Of a DNA stretch of 64,000 nt, positions 25,960-35,425 are shown piece by piece. Origin of the DNA: Candidatus Aquilonibacter sp. (GTDB lineage Bacteria; Acidobacteriota; Terriglobia; Terriglobales; Acidobacteriaceae); NCBI GenBank assembly GCA_035486715.1, contig DATHMV010000033.1, positions 58,001 through 122,000 on the forward strand. Direction: 5' to 3'. The translations under genes were made by a program, and so were the position numbers. Positions within the stretch are counted from its first letter, which is position 1. Each line of letters opens with the position of its first letter. The notes below the pieces were generated by a model. That model was not told where the DNA came from. It saw only the letters and a list, made by a program, of their open reading frames with translations, and made no database searches.

Positions 25960-26223
25960 AATCCATCTAAAAAAACAAGCCCGATTGTTTCTGTCACAAC
26001 CAAACCCAGGCAGCTACTTTCGATCCTTTGCCCCCAGTTTGAAAAATGCATCAGCGTCACGTTAACTCCGTTAGCAAAACTTCCTGCTCCAGCTTTGAGA
26101 ATTGGAATTGTGCAGCATGATTTCTACATGTTCCTGTAGGCCGCACAGCGGGCGGCCACATTTCAATTCACAAAACCGAATGCATTTTCATTCATTGCCC
26201 CGACTCCCATTCCACTCGTCACA

Positions 26224-26282
26224 AATAAAGTTGTACTCATCCCTATCCCTCTTCTTGGTTGATGTATGGCCTCGCATCTGCA
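26224..26282 (+). promoter_or_regulatory. upstream module shared with 30210-30268 (AATAAAGYTGTA box plus -24/-12-like element)
   Basis: AATAAAGTTGTA at 26224 and TGGCCTCGCATCTGCA at 26267. The 43-nt offset is the same as in the paralogous upstream region. Confidence 0.35.
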
Positions 26283-26384
26283 GCGCATTTATGTGCAGCA
26301 TGAATATACAAAACGTCATGCGAAGGCAAGCCGGCACTATCCAGCGAAATCTTAACTACACGGCCATGCCACACGGGAGACCTT

Positions 26385-29300
26385 ATGAAGTTGGTTGTGC
26401 GCCATAACCTGATGCGAATGTTTTTTGTCTTAAGCGCGCTGACCACATTGACCGTTGCAGCCGTTGCGCAAACGGGTTCGATGGCCGGAACCGTTTCCGA
26501 TACGAGTGGCGCTGTGATACAAGGTGCGGAAATTACGGTTCGCAACCTGGCCACGAATGAATCGCACCAGGCAAGCAGTTCCTCGACGGGTACTTATACT
26601 TTGAGCAATCTTCCCGTCGGCGCCTACGAGGTCACGGTAAAGAAAGAAGGATTCAAAGCCTTCCATTTGCCCAGCATCGAGCTTACGGTGGCCCAGTCGC
26701 TTACAGTGGATCCGAAACTCGCCCCCGGCTCAACCACCGAGGAAGTGACGGTACGAGCCGATGGCGTGCAGGATGTCGATCTGGAATCATCGCAAATCAC
26801 CAATCTGGTGGATCAGCGACAGATGGAGGCTTTGCCGCTGATCACGCGCAATCCTTATCAGCTCGTACTGCTGTCGCCGGGAACCTCGCAGACCGACAGC
26901 GCCAGCGGCGGAATTTCAGTAAATGGAGCCCGTGACCGCAACAACAATTTTCTGCTTGATGGAGTGGATAACAACGATACATCCGTACCGGGGTCGATGG
27001 GCGGCGTTCTGAGTTCAAATCCAGAATCGGCGGAAGAGTTTCGCGTGATTACCGATAACTTTAATGCTGAATACGGCCGCAACACAGGTGCGATTATCGA
27101 CGTCGTGACCAAGAGCGGCACCAATTCGCTGCACGGTAATGCTTACTACTTTGGGCGATGGAATGGATTCGGAGGCGCGCGCGACTGGTTTAATCCCGCA
27201 ACCGGGCCAAACGGCGGCCCGATGAATCCTTACATTCGCCACCAGTTTGGATTTTCGGTCGGCGGTCCGATCATCAAGAACAAGACTTTCTTTTTCTTTA
27301 ACGACGAAATGGATCGTTTCCGCACAACTTTAACCAATCAGGCTACGACTCCGACCGCCGCATTCCTTACGGGCAAATTCAACTACACCTATACCGATAC
27401 TTCCGGCCTTTCGCATACTGTTCCGATCGACCTCACGCCAACAGGAACAAACAATCCATACGGTTTTCCATTTAATTCCACAATGCAGAAGGTCTTCGCT
27501 TACTACCCGACAGCCACCCAATCGGCCGATGGCATCGATGGCAGTATCTTTTTCCCCAGCACATCCGCGACCAGCACTTACAACCCAACCATCAAGCTCG
27601 ACCACCACTTTTCAGATCGCGAGTCGGTAAGTTTACGGTACGGCTACGACCACTTCTTCGATCCCAATCCCGCGCATTCTGATATTCTTCCGGGCGGCAT
27701 TGGAGAATTTGCGGAGAAGGGAATCGGCGAGGGTTTGGCCGCGCAGTTAACCTCCACTCTCAGCCACACTCTGATCAATACCCTGCAATTTGGCTGGAAT
27801 CATATTTACGCCAACTTCTATCTCAGCAAAGCCACTACAAGCGTACTCGATGCACCTGGCGGCGAGGATTCCTTTGGAAACGGCTGGGACTTTCTAACAG
27901 ATCCGTTTACCAGCTTCGCCAGTACTGCGCTTGCAGGATCGGACAGTCAGGAGCGGAAGACGGGCACCATCAGTTATACCGACACCTTGACTTGGATTCA
28001 TGGAAACCATGTCCTGAAATTTGGTTTTGACTTCCGCGATGTAGGTGAGCTTGGTTATAACAATTTCGCCTCGCGCCGGCAGCTTTCGTTGGATCCGGAA
28101 GAAGGCTTCAATGGCTATAATCCCGGAATTGTAAACGAGCCGGCAAACAATGCCGACGATCGTGCGTTAGTGGATGGCGCGAATGCGTATTGGGGATTTG
28201 TGATTAACGATGCGCAAAATCAATTTTTCAACAAAACCGGTGTGCGCCAACCCTCGGACAATAAATTTTTCAAACAGCACGAATTTGACTGGTACGCGCA
28301 GGACACGTGGAAAATTCGTTCGAACGTCACGCTGAATATGGGGTTTCGTTACCAGCTCAACGGAGTTCCCTATGAAACCAGCGGAAACCTTTCCAATTTA
28401 CTGCAAGATCCAGCCTCGTTCGCCACCGGCGCTCCCGTAGTGTTCACGATTGTGGGTCCGGGCACGGGACACTCGCTTTATCAATCGGACTTCAAAGACA
28501 TTGAACCGCGTATCGGCATGACATGGGACCCGTGGAAGGATGGCAAAACCGCTATCCGCGCCGGGTTTGGCATCTTCCACGATCGCACCTTTGGAAACGC
28601 CTTCGGAAATGTTCGCGCCGATCCGCCGTTCCAGGCGGAATTTAATAACTATGATTTAACGACGATCAATGACGCCTCGGGCGGATTCCTCGCTCAGGTT
28701 CCGACGCAGATGCCTTCCGCTTCACTTCCCGACGGTACAGCGGATTCGGCTATCGTAGTTTTCAGCAGGCATTTTCCCAACGCCGCCAGCAACAATTGGA
28801 ATTTCGACATTCAGCGGCAACTGCCGGGAAGCAATGTGTTGGATTTAGCCTACGTTGGAGCGATGGGCGTGCATGTATACGGCCAGCGGGACGGCAATCC
28901 TCCGGTTCCCGCGTTAGTGCAGCAATTGCTGGCTTTCTGCGTCCCGAACAATCCGCTTAATACCGGCTTTCTTACGCCCAGCGGGCAGTGCGATCAGACC
29001 ACGGTCAGCGGCACCAACCTTTATATAGGAGGCACGCCCAGCATTGGTCTCGACACTTTACCTTTCAACGCGGTAAATAACAATGCATTGCTTCAGCCGG
29101 ATTATCAGATCAACGAATTCAATTCCATTTACCACGGATTGCAAACCAAGTTTACGCATCGTATGAGCCGCGGGCTTCAGATTCAGGCGGCGTACACCTG
29201 GTCGCATGCGCTCGACAATTCCGTCGATCCGCTGACTCCGGGCGTTGGAGGCCACACCTTCCCACGAAATTCTCTCGATCTGGCCGAAAACTACGGCAAC

Positions 29301-29909
29301 TCTGACAACGATACGCGCCATGTTGCGGTGATTAACTACGTCTGGGAGTTGCCGTTCGGCCACGGCAAAAATTATTTGAATAACGGTTTCGCGGGCAAGA
29401 TTATGGAAGGATTTGAACTCGACGGTATCTTCACCGCGCAAACCGGACATCCATTTCAAGTGCGTGGAACTCTGGACACGCAACGAACCGGAATCGCCGC
29501 GTGGGGTTACCAGGTGGGAGATCCGTTTGGTCCTCCATCTGGTTCGGGTTGCTCGGCGCAACCAGGATCCGGTTATGCCTACCTTACGAATCAGTGTGCC
29601 TTTGTAAATCCCCCCTGGGGATTTGGCTCGAACAACGAACGCAATCAGTTCTACGGACCAGGCTTCTGGGATTGGGATGTGACGTTAGCTAAAAAGATGA
29701 GCTTGACCGAACGAGTGAAGGCGGAACTTCGTTTCGAAGGCTACAACATTTTGAACCATCCGCACTTCCTGAATCCGGGTACCGACGCGGCAGACCTCGG
29801 CAACTTGATTGGGCAGCCGTTGTTCGGCGTAGTTGACAGCACATACGTTCAACCGGATGCGACGACTTCAGCCCGTCAGATTCAGGTAGCTCTGAAGATC
29901 GTCTTCTAA
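26385..29909 (+). CDS. TonB-dependent-receptor-like outer-membrane protein with N-terminal CarboxypepD_reg domain
   Basis: Signal peptide (FFVLSALTTLTVAAVAQ). GTVSDTSGAVIQGAEITVRN...GTYTLSNLPVGAYEVTVKKEGF. Plug-like LVDQRQMEALPLITRNPYQL. C-terminal aromatic residue (KIVF). Confidence 0.85.
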   Translation: MKLVVRHNLMRMFFVLSALTTLTVAAVAQTGSMAGTVSDTSGAVIQGAEITVRNLATNESHQASSSSTGTYTLSNLPVGAYEVTVKKEGFKAFHLPSIELTVAQSLTVDPKLAPGSTTEEVTVRADGVQDVDLESSQITNLVDQRQMEALPLITRNPYQLVLLSPGTSQTDSASGGISVNGARDRNNNFLLDGVDNNDTSVPGSMGGVLSSNPESAEEFRVITDNFNAEYGRNTGAIIDVVTKSGTNSLHGNAYYFGRWNGFGGARDWFNPATGPNGGPMNPYIRHQFGFSVGGPIIKNKTFFFFNDEMDRFRTTLTNQATTPTAAFLTGKFNYTYTDTSGLSHTVPIDLTPTGTNNPYGFPFNSTMQKVFAYYPTATQSADGIDGSIFFPSTSATSTYNPTIKLDHHFSDRESVSLRYGYDHFFDPNPAHSDILPGGIGEFAEKGIGEGLAAQLTSTLSHTLINTLQFGWNHIYANFYLSKATTSVLDAPGGEDSFGNGWDFLTDPFTSFASTALAGSDSQERKTGTISYTDTLTWIHGNHVLKFGFDFRDVGELGYNNFASRRQLSLDPEEGFNGYNPGIVNEPANNADDRALVDGANAYWGFVINDAQNQFFNKTGVRQPSDNKFFKQHEFDWYAQDTWKIRSNVTLNMGFRYQLNGVPYETSGNLSNLLQDPASFATGAPVVFTIVGPGTGHSLYQSDFKDIEPRIGMTWDPWKDGKTAIRAGFGIFHDRTFGNAFGNVRADPPFQAEFNNYDLTTINDASGGFLAQVPTQMPSASLPDGTADSAIVVFSRHFPNAASNNWNFDIQRQLPGSNVLDLAYVGAMGVHVYGQRDGNPPVPALVQQLLAFCVPNNPLNTGFLTPSGQCDQTTVSGTNLYIGGTPSIGLDTLPFNAVNNNALLQPDYQINEFNSIYHGLQTKFTHRMSRGLQIQAAYTWSHALDNSVDPLTPGVGGHTFPRNSLDLAENYGNSDNDTRHVAVINYVWELPFGHGKNYLNNGFAGKIMEGFELDGIFTAQTGHPFQVRGTLDTQRTGIAAWGYQVGDPFGPPSGSGCSAQPGSGYAYLTNQCAFVNPPWGFGSNNERNQFYGPGFWDWDVTLAKKMSLTERVKAELRFEGYNILNHPHFLNPGTDAADLGNLIGQPLFGVVDSTYVQPDATTSARQIQVALKIVF

Positions 29910-29968
29910 GCGCATCCGGCTTCCCAAAAAGTCGGAGCGATGCAGAGAAGACGCTTGTGTGAAGGGAG

Positions 29969-30008
29969 CACATCGGCCTTGCGAGAGGGCAAGGTCGATG
30001 TGTTTTTT
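29969..30008 (+). terminator. intrinsic terminator after the first receptor gene
   Basis: CACATCGGCCTTGC-gagagg-GCAAGGTCGATGTG (14-bp stem with one G-U pair) followed by TTTTTT. Confidence 0.8.
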
Positions 30009-30209
30009 ATTTTGATTTGTTTTCGCCCGTGGAACCTCCTATACATGCAAAAACGTTGAATTCCCAAGAAGTACACAGGCCGCAAAGCTCTCGATTTTCA
30101 TAGCTACAGCGCATAGTTTATGGATTCGGGTAAACGAGTCTTCCAGGAACCGGCAAACTACTTTTAATCCGATCGTCAACTCGCATTAGCCATCCAGCAT
30201 TTCATCTCG

Positions 30210-30268
30210 AATAAAGCTGTATCGATACCATTCCGCCAAAATAACGCACTCCTGGGCAGACGAATGCA
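30210..30268 (+). promoter_or_regulatory. upstream module shared with 26224-26282
   Basis: AATAAAGCTGTA at 30210 and TGGGCAGACGAATGCA at 30253, again a 43-nt offset. Confidence 0.35.
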
Positions 30269-30319
30269 CGAAGTGCCTTCGTAGTCCGTAGTTTCCGCAT
30301 TCGCATTCAGGAGAGTTCA

Positions 30320-33300
30320 ATGAAAAGTACGGCGAAGAATTTTCTTGTGCTGGCTTGCGCACTGGCTATCGGTATCTTGGTGCAGTGCAGTCTTCTATAT
30401 TCGCAAACGGCCACACTTGGAGTTGTGACGGGTACCGTGAAAGATCCCACCGGAGCGGTCGTCTCCAATGCTTCCGTTTCATTGCAGAATGCGGCTACGA
30501 ATAACTCGCAGAGTGCGAAGAGTGATTCGTCGGGCCACTATGCATTTCCAGTGGTAACGCCCGGAGAATACACCGTAAAAGTATCGGCGAAAGGTTTTCG
30601 TACCGCCGAAGTTCCCCATTTGAATGTTGAAGTCAATAAAGCGGCAACGCTCGACATACAGCTGATCGTGGGCGCGGAAACAGAAGTCATGGAGGTGACC
30701 GCTTCTACCATGACGGAATTGCAGACGCAGGATTCCAGTGTGGGCGAGGTATTGAGCGGCACAGAGTTGAACCGGTTGCCGGTGGCCGGCAGAAGCGCAG
30801 CCCAACTCATCTTCTACCAGCCTGGAGTTGCGCCGGATATGGGCCACCAAAATGGAGCCGCTGCCGACACGCAAGGCGGAGCCATTGCCGGCGCGCGCAG
30901 CGAGCAAGTTACTTTCTCGATTGATGGCGGCGACGCCACCAGCGATTTTGAGGGATCGAACAATTACGCCTCTCCCGATCAGGAGTCCGGTGCGGTTTCC
31001 CCAGTCGTTCCTGTTCCGCAGGATTCCGTCGAAGAATTTCGCGTAGCCACGAACAACGCAAACTCGACCTTCGGTGAATCTTCCGGCGGTCAGATTACGA
31101 TGTTGACCAAGTCCGGAACTAATAGCATCCACGGCGGCTTGTATGAATACCATTCGGACAACGGACTAAATGCGAATGGGTGGACAAACGACAATACGGG
31201 CGTTGCGAAGCCCCCAGCGGTCGATAACCGTTTTGGAGTGAGCGTCGGCGGTCCAATCATCAAAGACAAATTGTTTTATTACGACTTCTACGAAGGACGC
31301 CGCTTTCACGACCAGACCACCATCGATCGCATCGTTCCTACGGCGAGTTTGAGAAGTGGCATTATTCAGTTTGGGGGGAACTCTTACAACCTGAACCCAG
31401 CGAATGGGCCTTTATCCGTGGCTTGTAATGCAGGGGCATGCGATCCACGGGGACTGGGCGTGAGTCCGGTCGTCATGGCGCAGATGGCGCTTTTGCCGAC
31501 AGGTAATAATCCGTCGGAAGGTGATGGTGTCAACACCATCGGCCTTACGATTCCTGTGGCTACGCCCATCAGTACAAATGTTGGAAAGCTGAAACTGAAT
31601 TACAACTTCAATAACAAATGGTCGGCCTTTTTCAGCTGGCAGTATTCCAGCACGGCTCGCGCTGGTGTGGAGCAGATAAGCTTGCTCGGCACACCCCATT
31701 CAGTCAGCGCCGACCCGTATTTTGCAAATTTCTACACCTTCCAGGTGCAGGGTCAGATCAGCTCAAACTTCCTGTCGGTTACGCACGGTTCTTTTCTACG
31801 AAATTATTGGGGCTGGAACAGAGTGACGCCTTCGCCATTGGTGGCAGGTACCGATCAGGCACTGCAAATCGCGGGCGAAGATCAGGGCGAGGAAGGTGAC
31901 TTTGGCGGCAGCGGAAAGTTATTCGCCGATCCAATCAACATTAATACTCAGCAAGCTAGGCCGCGCATTTGGAACGGGCACGACTGGTATATCGCTCAAG
32001 ACTTCACCAAGATCCACGGCAACCACCAAATCCAATTCGGCGGGGATGGCCGAATCTGGTACGACTATCATCTGCGCACCGATCAAGTGCTTGGGGGACT
32101 GACCACCGCCCCGATTACTTACGTTGGATCTTCCAATTTGTCGCAGGATTCGTTTGCCACCGTGCCCAGCGCATACCAGCCAGTGAACCTGCCAGCCAGT
32201 GCCGCTCCCTTGTGGAATGGTTACTATGCTTCGCTGCTTGGTATCGTAGACCACTCAGCTCAGGTGGAAACACGAAATGGAAGTTTCCTGCCCAATCCAC
32301 TGGGTACGCCAACATCGGCAAATTTCACCGTGCCTTCTTTCAATGTTTATCTCCAGGATGCATGGAAGGCTCGTCAGAATCTGACGATCAGTATGGGAGT
32401 GAATTGGGGTGTAACTCTTCCTCCGAGCGAGTCCGCCGGTTTGGAATCGGTGCTGGTTTATGCCGATTCGAATACTCCCGTGAACATCCAGCAGTTTCTG
32501 AAAAGCCGGGGTGCCGCGTTGGAGTCAGGGAATTCATATAATCCGCAGCTCGGCGTGGCTCCAGTAAACTCGCTGGCTTCGCCCTTTACAGGAAAAATGC
32601 GCTTGGGAACGTGGAAAGATGTTGGCCCGCGCATTTCCGCTGCCTGGCAAATAAAACCCGGCACTGTGGTTCGGGGAGGATACTCGCTCATCTTCGATCG
32701 CATAAGCGCCGTTACGGATGCTTTCAGCTTGACTACGGGCGGTTTATCCGATGTGGATACTTGCGGCGGACCTGTTTTCGGTGCGAGTGGGGCGGTGTGT
32801 TCGGGAACGACGACCGATCCAACAACGGCATTCCGCATTGGACCCGATGGCGCCAACGTTCCCGTGCCGTCGCCAGTCGCGAATCCGATTCCACTGGTCC
32901 CTGCCGGTTCCAGCCTGTCGCGGTCCTTTGGAGCGGATGCATTTATGACTCCTGGCTATGCGCACGCCTTTGATATCACCGTGCAGAATGCGCTCCCCCA
33001 CAATCTTTTCCTGGAGGTGGGTTACATTGGCCGCCTTAGCAGAAATCTGACACAGTATCAACAACTCAACGCGGCCGATTACTTGCAAAAAGATCCTGCC
33101 AACGGTCAAACCTATGGGCAAGCATTCGACGCGCTGGATCGCGCTTTCATTCTCGGCATTCCACTCAGCCCGCAGCCATTCTTCGAACATCTGATGGCCA
33201 CTTCCGGACCCAATGCCGTCTGCGCGCCGGGAACGTGTACTTCACTGGCTTTGGGGCTTATGCCATCCGTAGGTGCCGGTGACCTGGGGCTCTTCGACTA

Positions 33301-34210
33301 TCTTATGAATCTTCCGGGAGTATTTGGGCCAGCCGGCGCGTTTGCCAATCCGACAAGCAACAATCAAATTTTTGAAAACGCACAGGAGACCGACGGTGGA
33401 TTTTCCGATTACAACGCCGGAATCGTGACCCTTCGTAAAGCGATGTCGCATGGACTCCAGTTTCAGTTCAACTACACCTGGAGCCACGCCATCGGCAATC
33501 AGGGAGTCAATCAACAGTACATTTATTCCAGCAATAGCCCCTTTAACCTGGGCCTTGATCGTTCGTCCGAGTTGTTCGATCATCGACAAACGGCAAATGC
33601 CTTCTGGTTTTATGAGTTACCGTTCGGCAAAGGCAAAACTTTCAGCGTCAACAACAGAGTTGTGGATCGTGTAATTGGCGGCTGGAGCACATCCGGCATC
33701 TTCAATTTCTTCACTGGCGCACCGATCTGCGCGATCGACGACTCCGGCAACTATGGTTCATTTTTTCCCAACGATTGTGCCGTACTGAGCGGTGGCATTC
33801 CGGACGTGGCCGCTGGGGCAACCAGCGCATCGGGCATTCCAAGCTGGGGTGTGCACCGTCAGCCAGACGGCTCGCTGAATATTTTTTCGAATCCCACTAC
33901 GGTCTACAACAGCCTGCAATTTCCATTGTTAAGCACCCAAGGACAGATCCCACGCGACCAAATGCATCAGTTCGCATATTGGAACGTAGATTTTTCGCTG
34001 GGAAAGAAAATTCCTCTGACCGAAAATGTAGGGCTGGTTCTTACCGCCGATGCCTTCAACGTATTCAATCACACAACCTTCATCGTTTCCCCGTCCGCCT
34101 TGGACCTGCTTAATCCGTCCGGGTTTGGCGCGATCAACCAGCAATTTACCCCAGGAATTTCCAACACCGGCGCACGCAAAATGCAGTTGGGCCTGCGGCT
34201 GGAATTTTAA
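30320..34210 (+). CDS. TonB-dependent-receptor-like outer-membrane protein with N-terminal CarboxypepD_reg domain (paralogue)
   Basis: Signal peptide. GTVKDPTGAVVSNASVSLQN...GHYAFPVVTPGEYTVKVSAKGF. LSGTELNRLPVAGRSAAQL. C-terminal LRLEF. aggagag RBS. Confidence 0.85.
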   Translation: MKSTAKNFLVLACALAIGILVQCSLLYSQTATLGVVTGTVKDPTGAVVSNASVSLQNAATNNSQSAKSDSSGHYAFPVVTPGEYTVKVSAKGFRTAEVPHLNVEVNKAATLDIQLIVGAETEVMEVTASTMTELQTQDSSVGEVLSGTELNRLPVAGRSAAQLIFYQPGVAPDMGHQNGAAADTQGGAIAGARSEQVTFSIDGGDATSDFEGSNNYASPDQESGAVSPVVPVPQDSVEEFRVATNNANSTFGESSGGQITMLTKSGTNSIHGGLYEYHSDNGLNANGWTNDNTGVAKPPAVDNRFGVSVGGPIIKDKLFYYDFYEGRRFHDQTTIDRIVPTASLRSGIIQFGGNSYNLNPANGPLSVACNAGACDPRGLGVSPVVMAQMALLPTGNNPSEGDGVNTIGLTIPVATPISTNVGKLKLNYNFNNKWSAFFSWQYSSTARAGVEQISLLGTPHSVSADPYFANFYTFQVQGQISSNFLSVTHGSFLRNYWGWNRVTPSPLVAGTDQALQIAGEDQGEEGDFGGSGKLFADPININTQQARPRIWNGHDWYIAQDFTKIHGNHQIQFGGDGRIWYDYHLRTDQVLGGLTTAPITYVGSSNLSQDSFATVPSAYQPVNLPASAAPLWNGYYASLLGIVDHSAQVETRNGSFLPNPLGTPTSANFTVPSFNVYLQDAWKARQNLTISMGVNWGVTLPPSESAGLESVLVYADSNTPVNIQQFLKSRGAALESGNSYNPQLGVAPVNSLASPFTGKMRLGTWKDVGPRISAAWQIKPGTVVRGGYSLIFDRISAVTDAFSLTTGGLSDVDTCGGPVFGASGAVCSGTTTDPTTAFRIGPDGANVPVPSPVANPIPLVPAGSSLSRSFGADAFMTPGYAHAFDITVQNALPHNLFLEVGYIGRLSRNLTQYQQLNAADYLQKDPANGQTYGQAFDALDRAFILGIPLSPQPFFEHLMATSGPNAVCAPGTCTSLALGLMPSVGAGDLGLFDYLMNLPGVFGPAGAFANPTSNNQIFENAQETDGGFSDYNAGIVTLRKAMSHGLQFQFNYTWSHAIGNQGVNQQYIYSSNSPFNLGLDRSSELFDHRQTANAFWFYELPFGKGKTFSVNNRVVDRVIGGWSTSGIFNFFTGAPICAIDDSGNYGSFFPNDCAVLSGGIPDVAAGATSASGIPSWGVHRQPDGSLNIFSNPTTVYNSLQFPLLSTQGQIPRDQMHQFAYWNVDFSLGKKIPLTENVGLVLTADAFNVFNHTTFIVSPSALDLLNPSGFGAINQQFTPGISNTGARKMQLGLRLEF

Positions 34211-34439
34211 ATTGCTTTGTCAGGGATATGATGCAAGAGTGCCCAAAACAGCTTGCGCGAGGTAAATAGCCTCCGGTGTAAGAAACTGCGTCTATGAAGT
34301 CGTGGATGGTGCTCCCCGAGCCCCCAGCGCAGCAGTGTTTATTAAACTCCCGATTCAAAAAGCATGGTGATGATTTTCTAAAAATCTTAGATTTTTTATG
34401 CCGGAAATATGCAAAATTACCCGGGTATACCAAATCGCG

Positions 34440-34994
34440 ATTCCGCATCGTCTGCGCTGTTCACGCTGTCGGGCTATGGGCTCGTGCTGGTGCTCGTGTC
34501 GTTCGCGCTATTGGTATCGCTGGCGCTGCAAAACTCATTGGGAAACCCCGCGCGATGTCTTCGTCGCGCTCTTTTTCGTATCGCTGGGAACTTTGATCGA
34601 TCCAAAGGTGTTGTTAAACAATTTGCCTCTGCTCGGTTGGATGCTTCTACTCATCGTTGCTGGCAAATTTCTGGTGTGGACGACAGTCGTGTGGCTTTTC
34701 CGCTATCCGTTGCGGATTGGGATCGCAGTGGCCGCGGGATTGACACAGATTGGCGAACTGTCGTTTGTGGTCGTGCAAGTGGCGCGCTCTTCAGAGTTGG
34801 TAACCGAAAAAGTCTTCAGCGCCGTGATCGCCGCATCGCTCATTTCGATCTTGCTGAATGTCTTCCTTGTACGCGGCGTGTTTGCATGGATCGGTAAAGA
34901 GCCTCCAAAGCAAGCTCGAACCGATTTCGCGGAGCGCTCTGCACACGGTGATCCTCGCGGCGAAATGGCAGCACAACAGGCATCACTCGCGTAA
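34440..34994 (+). pseudogene. 5'-truncated, frameshifted relic of a Kef/CPA2-type cation:proton antiporter
   Basis: Only the last ~150 aa read cleanly (RDVFVALFFVSLGTLIDPKVLL...GLTQIGELSFVV...). The preceding helix is in another frame (GYGLVLVLVSFALLVSLALQNS, frame of ORF 34409). The listed 198-aa ORF opens with an out-of-frame-looking Cys/Arg/Trp-rich stretch. There is no N-terminal half anywhere upstream. Confidence 0.55.
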
Positions 34995-35127
34995 GGAGAG
35001 ACTTGGGACGAATAGTTACAGCGATTACCCGATGGCAAACAACCCCGCCGGGATTTACGGTCGCATGGCGCACACGGGAAAGTCCCGGCTACGCAAAAGA
35101 AAGACCGTAAAAACGGAGAGGAAAACA

Positions 35128-35280
35128 ATGGTCAGCCAAAAGTCTGAGAAGTGCGCTCACCAACCCTGTGTTTGTGTGCCGCCTGTCGGCGAGAAATATT
35201 GCAGCTCATTTTGTAAGGACGCCGGTTCGAACGAGACCGAGATAGCCTGCGATTGTGGTCACCCAGCCTGCGCGAAGTGA
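35128..35280 (+). CDS. 50-aa Cys-rich metal-binding (metallothionein-like) protein
   Basis: MVSQKSEKCAHQPCVCVPPVGEKYCSSFCKDAGSNETEIACDCGHPACAK: 9 Cys and 2 His. A ggagagg RBS sits 6 nt upstream of the ATG at 35128. The longer listed ORF (34858) has an implausible leader. Confidence 0.6.
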   Translation: MVSQKSEKCAHQPCVCVPPVGEKYCSSFCKDAGSNETEIACDCGHPACAK

Positions 35281-35425
35281 TTCAACCGGTTCGAGCAGCC
35301 TGCAAATGGAATGCCGGCTCTGATCATTGCGCTTGAATGCCTGAATCTTCCTTGCTGAGGTCTTCATCGAAAACACAGCGCGTTTCGCCTGTGTGGTAGC
35401 CTCTATCCAAGCGAGGAGTCGATGG

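Noticed and set aside
26267-26282. Reading the TGG-N10-TGCA elements as proven sigma-54 promoters.
   Set aside because: Only the GG/GC core and spacing match, there is no enhancer-binding protein gene nearby, and two occurrences could reflect shared ancestry of duplicated DNA. It is reported as a hypothesis, not as an annotated promoter.
26102-26407. 101-aa ORF in the upstream region of the first receptor gene.
   Set aside because: It has Cys/His/Ser/Pro-rich composition, no RBS and no motif, and it overlaps the shared promoter module and the receptor start. It is most likely non-coding.
34858-35127. The N-terminal 90 codons of the 140-aa ORF ending at 35280.
   Set aside because: The product is Arg/Ser/His-rich and overlaps the antiporter relic's 3' end. 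A strong RBS and ATG at 35128 define a much more plausible 50-aa Cys-rich protein.
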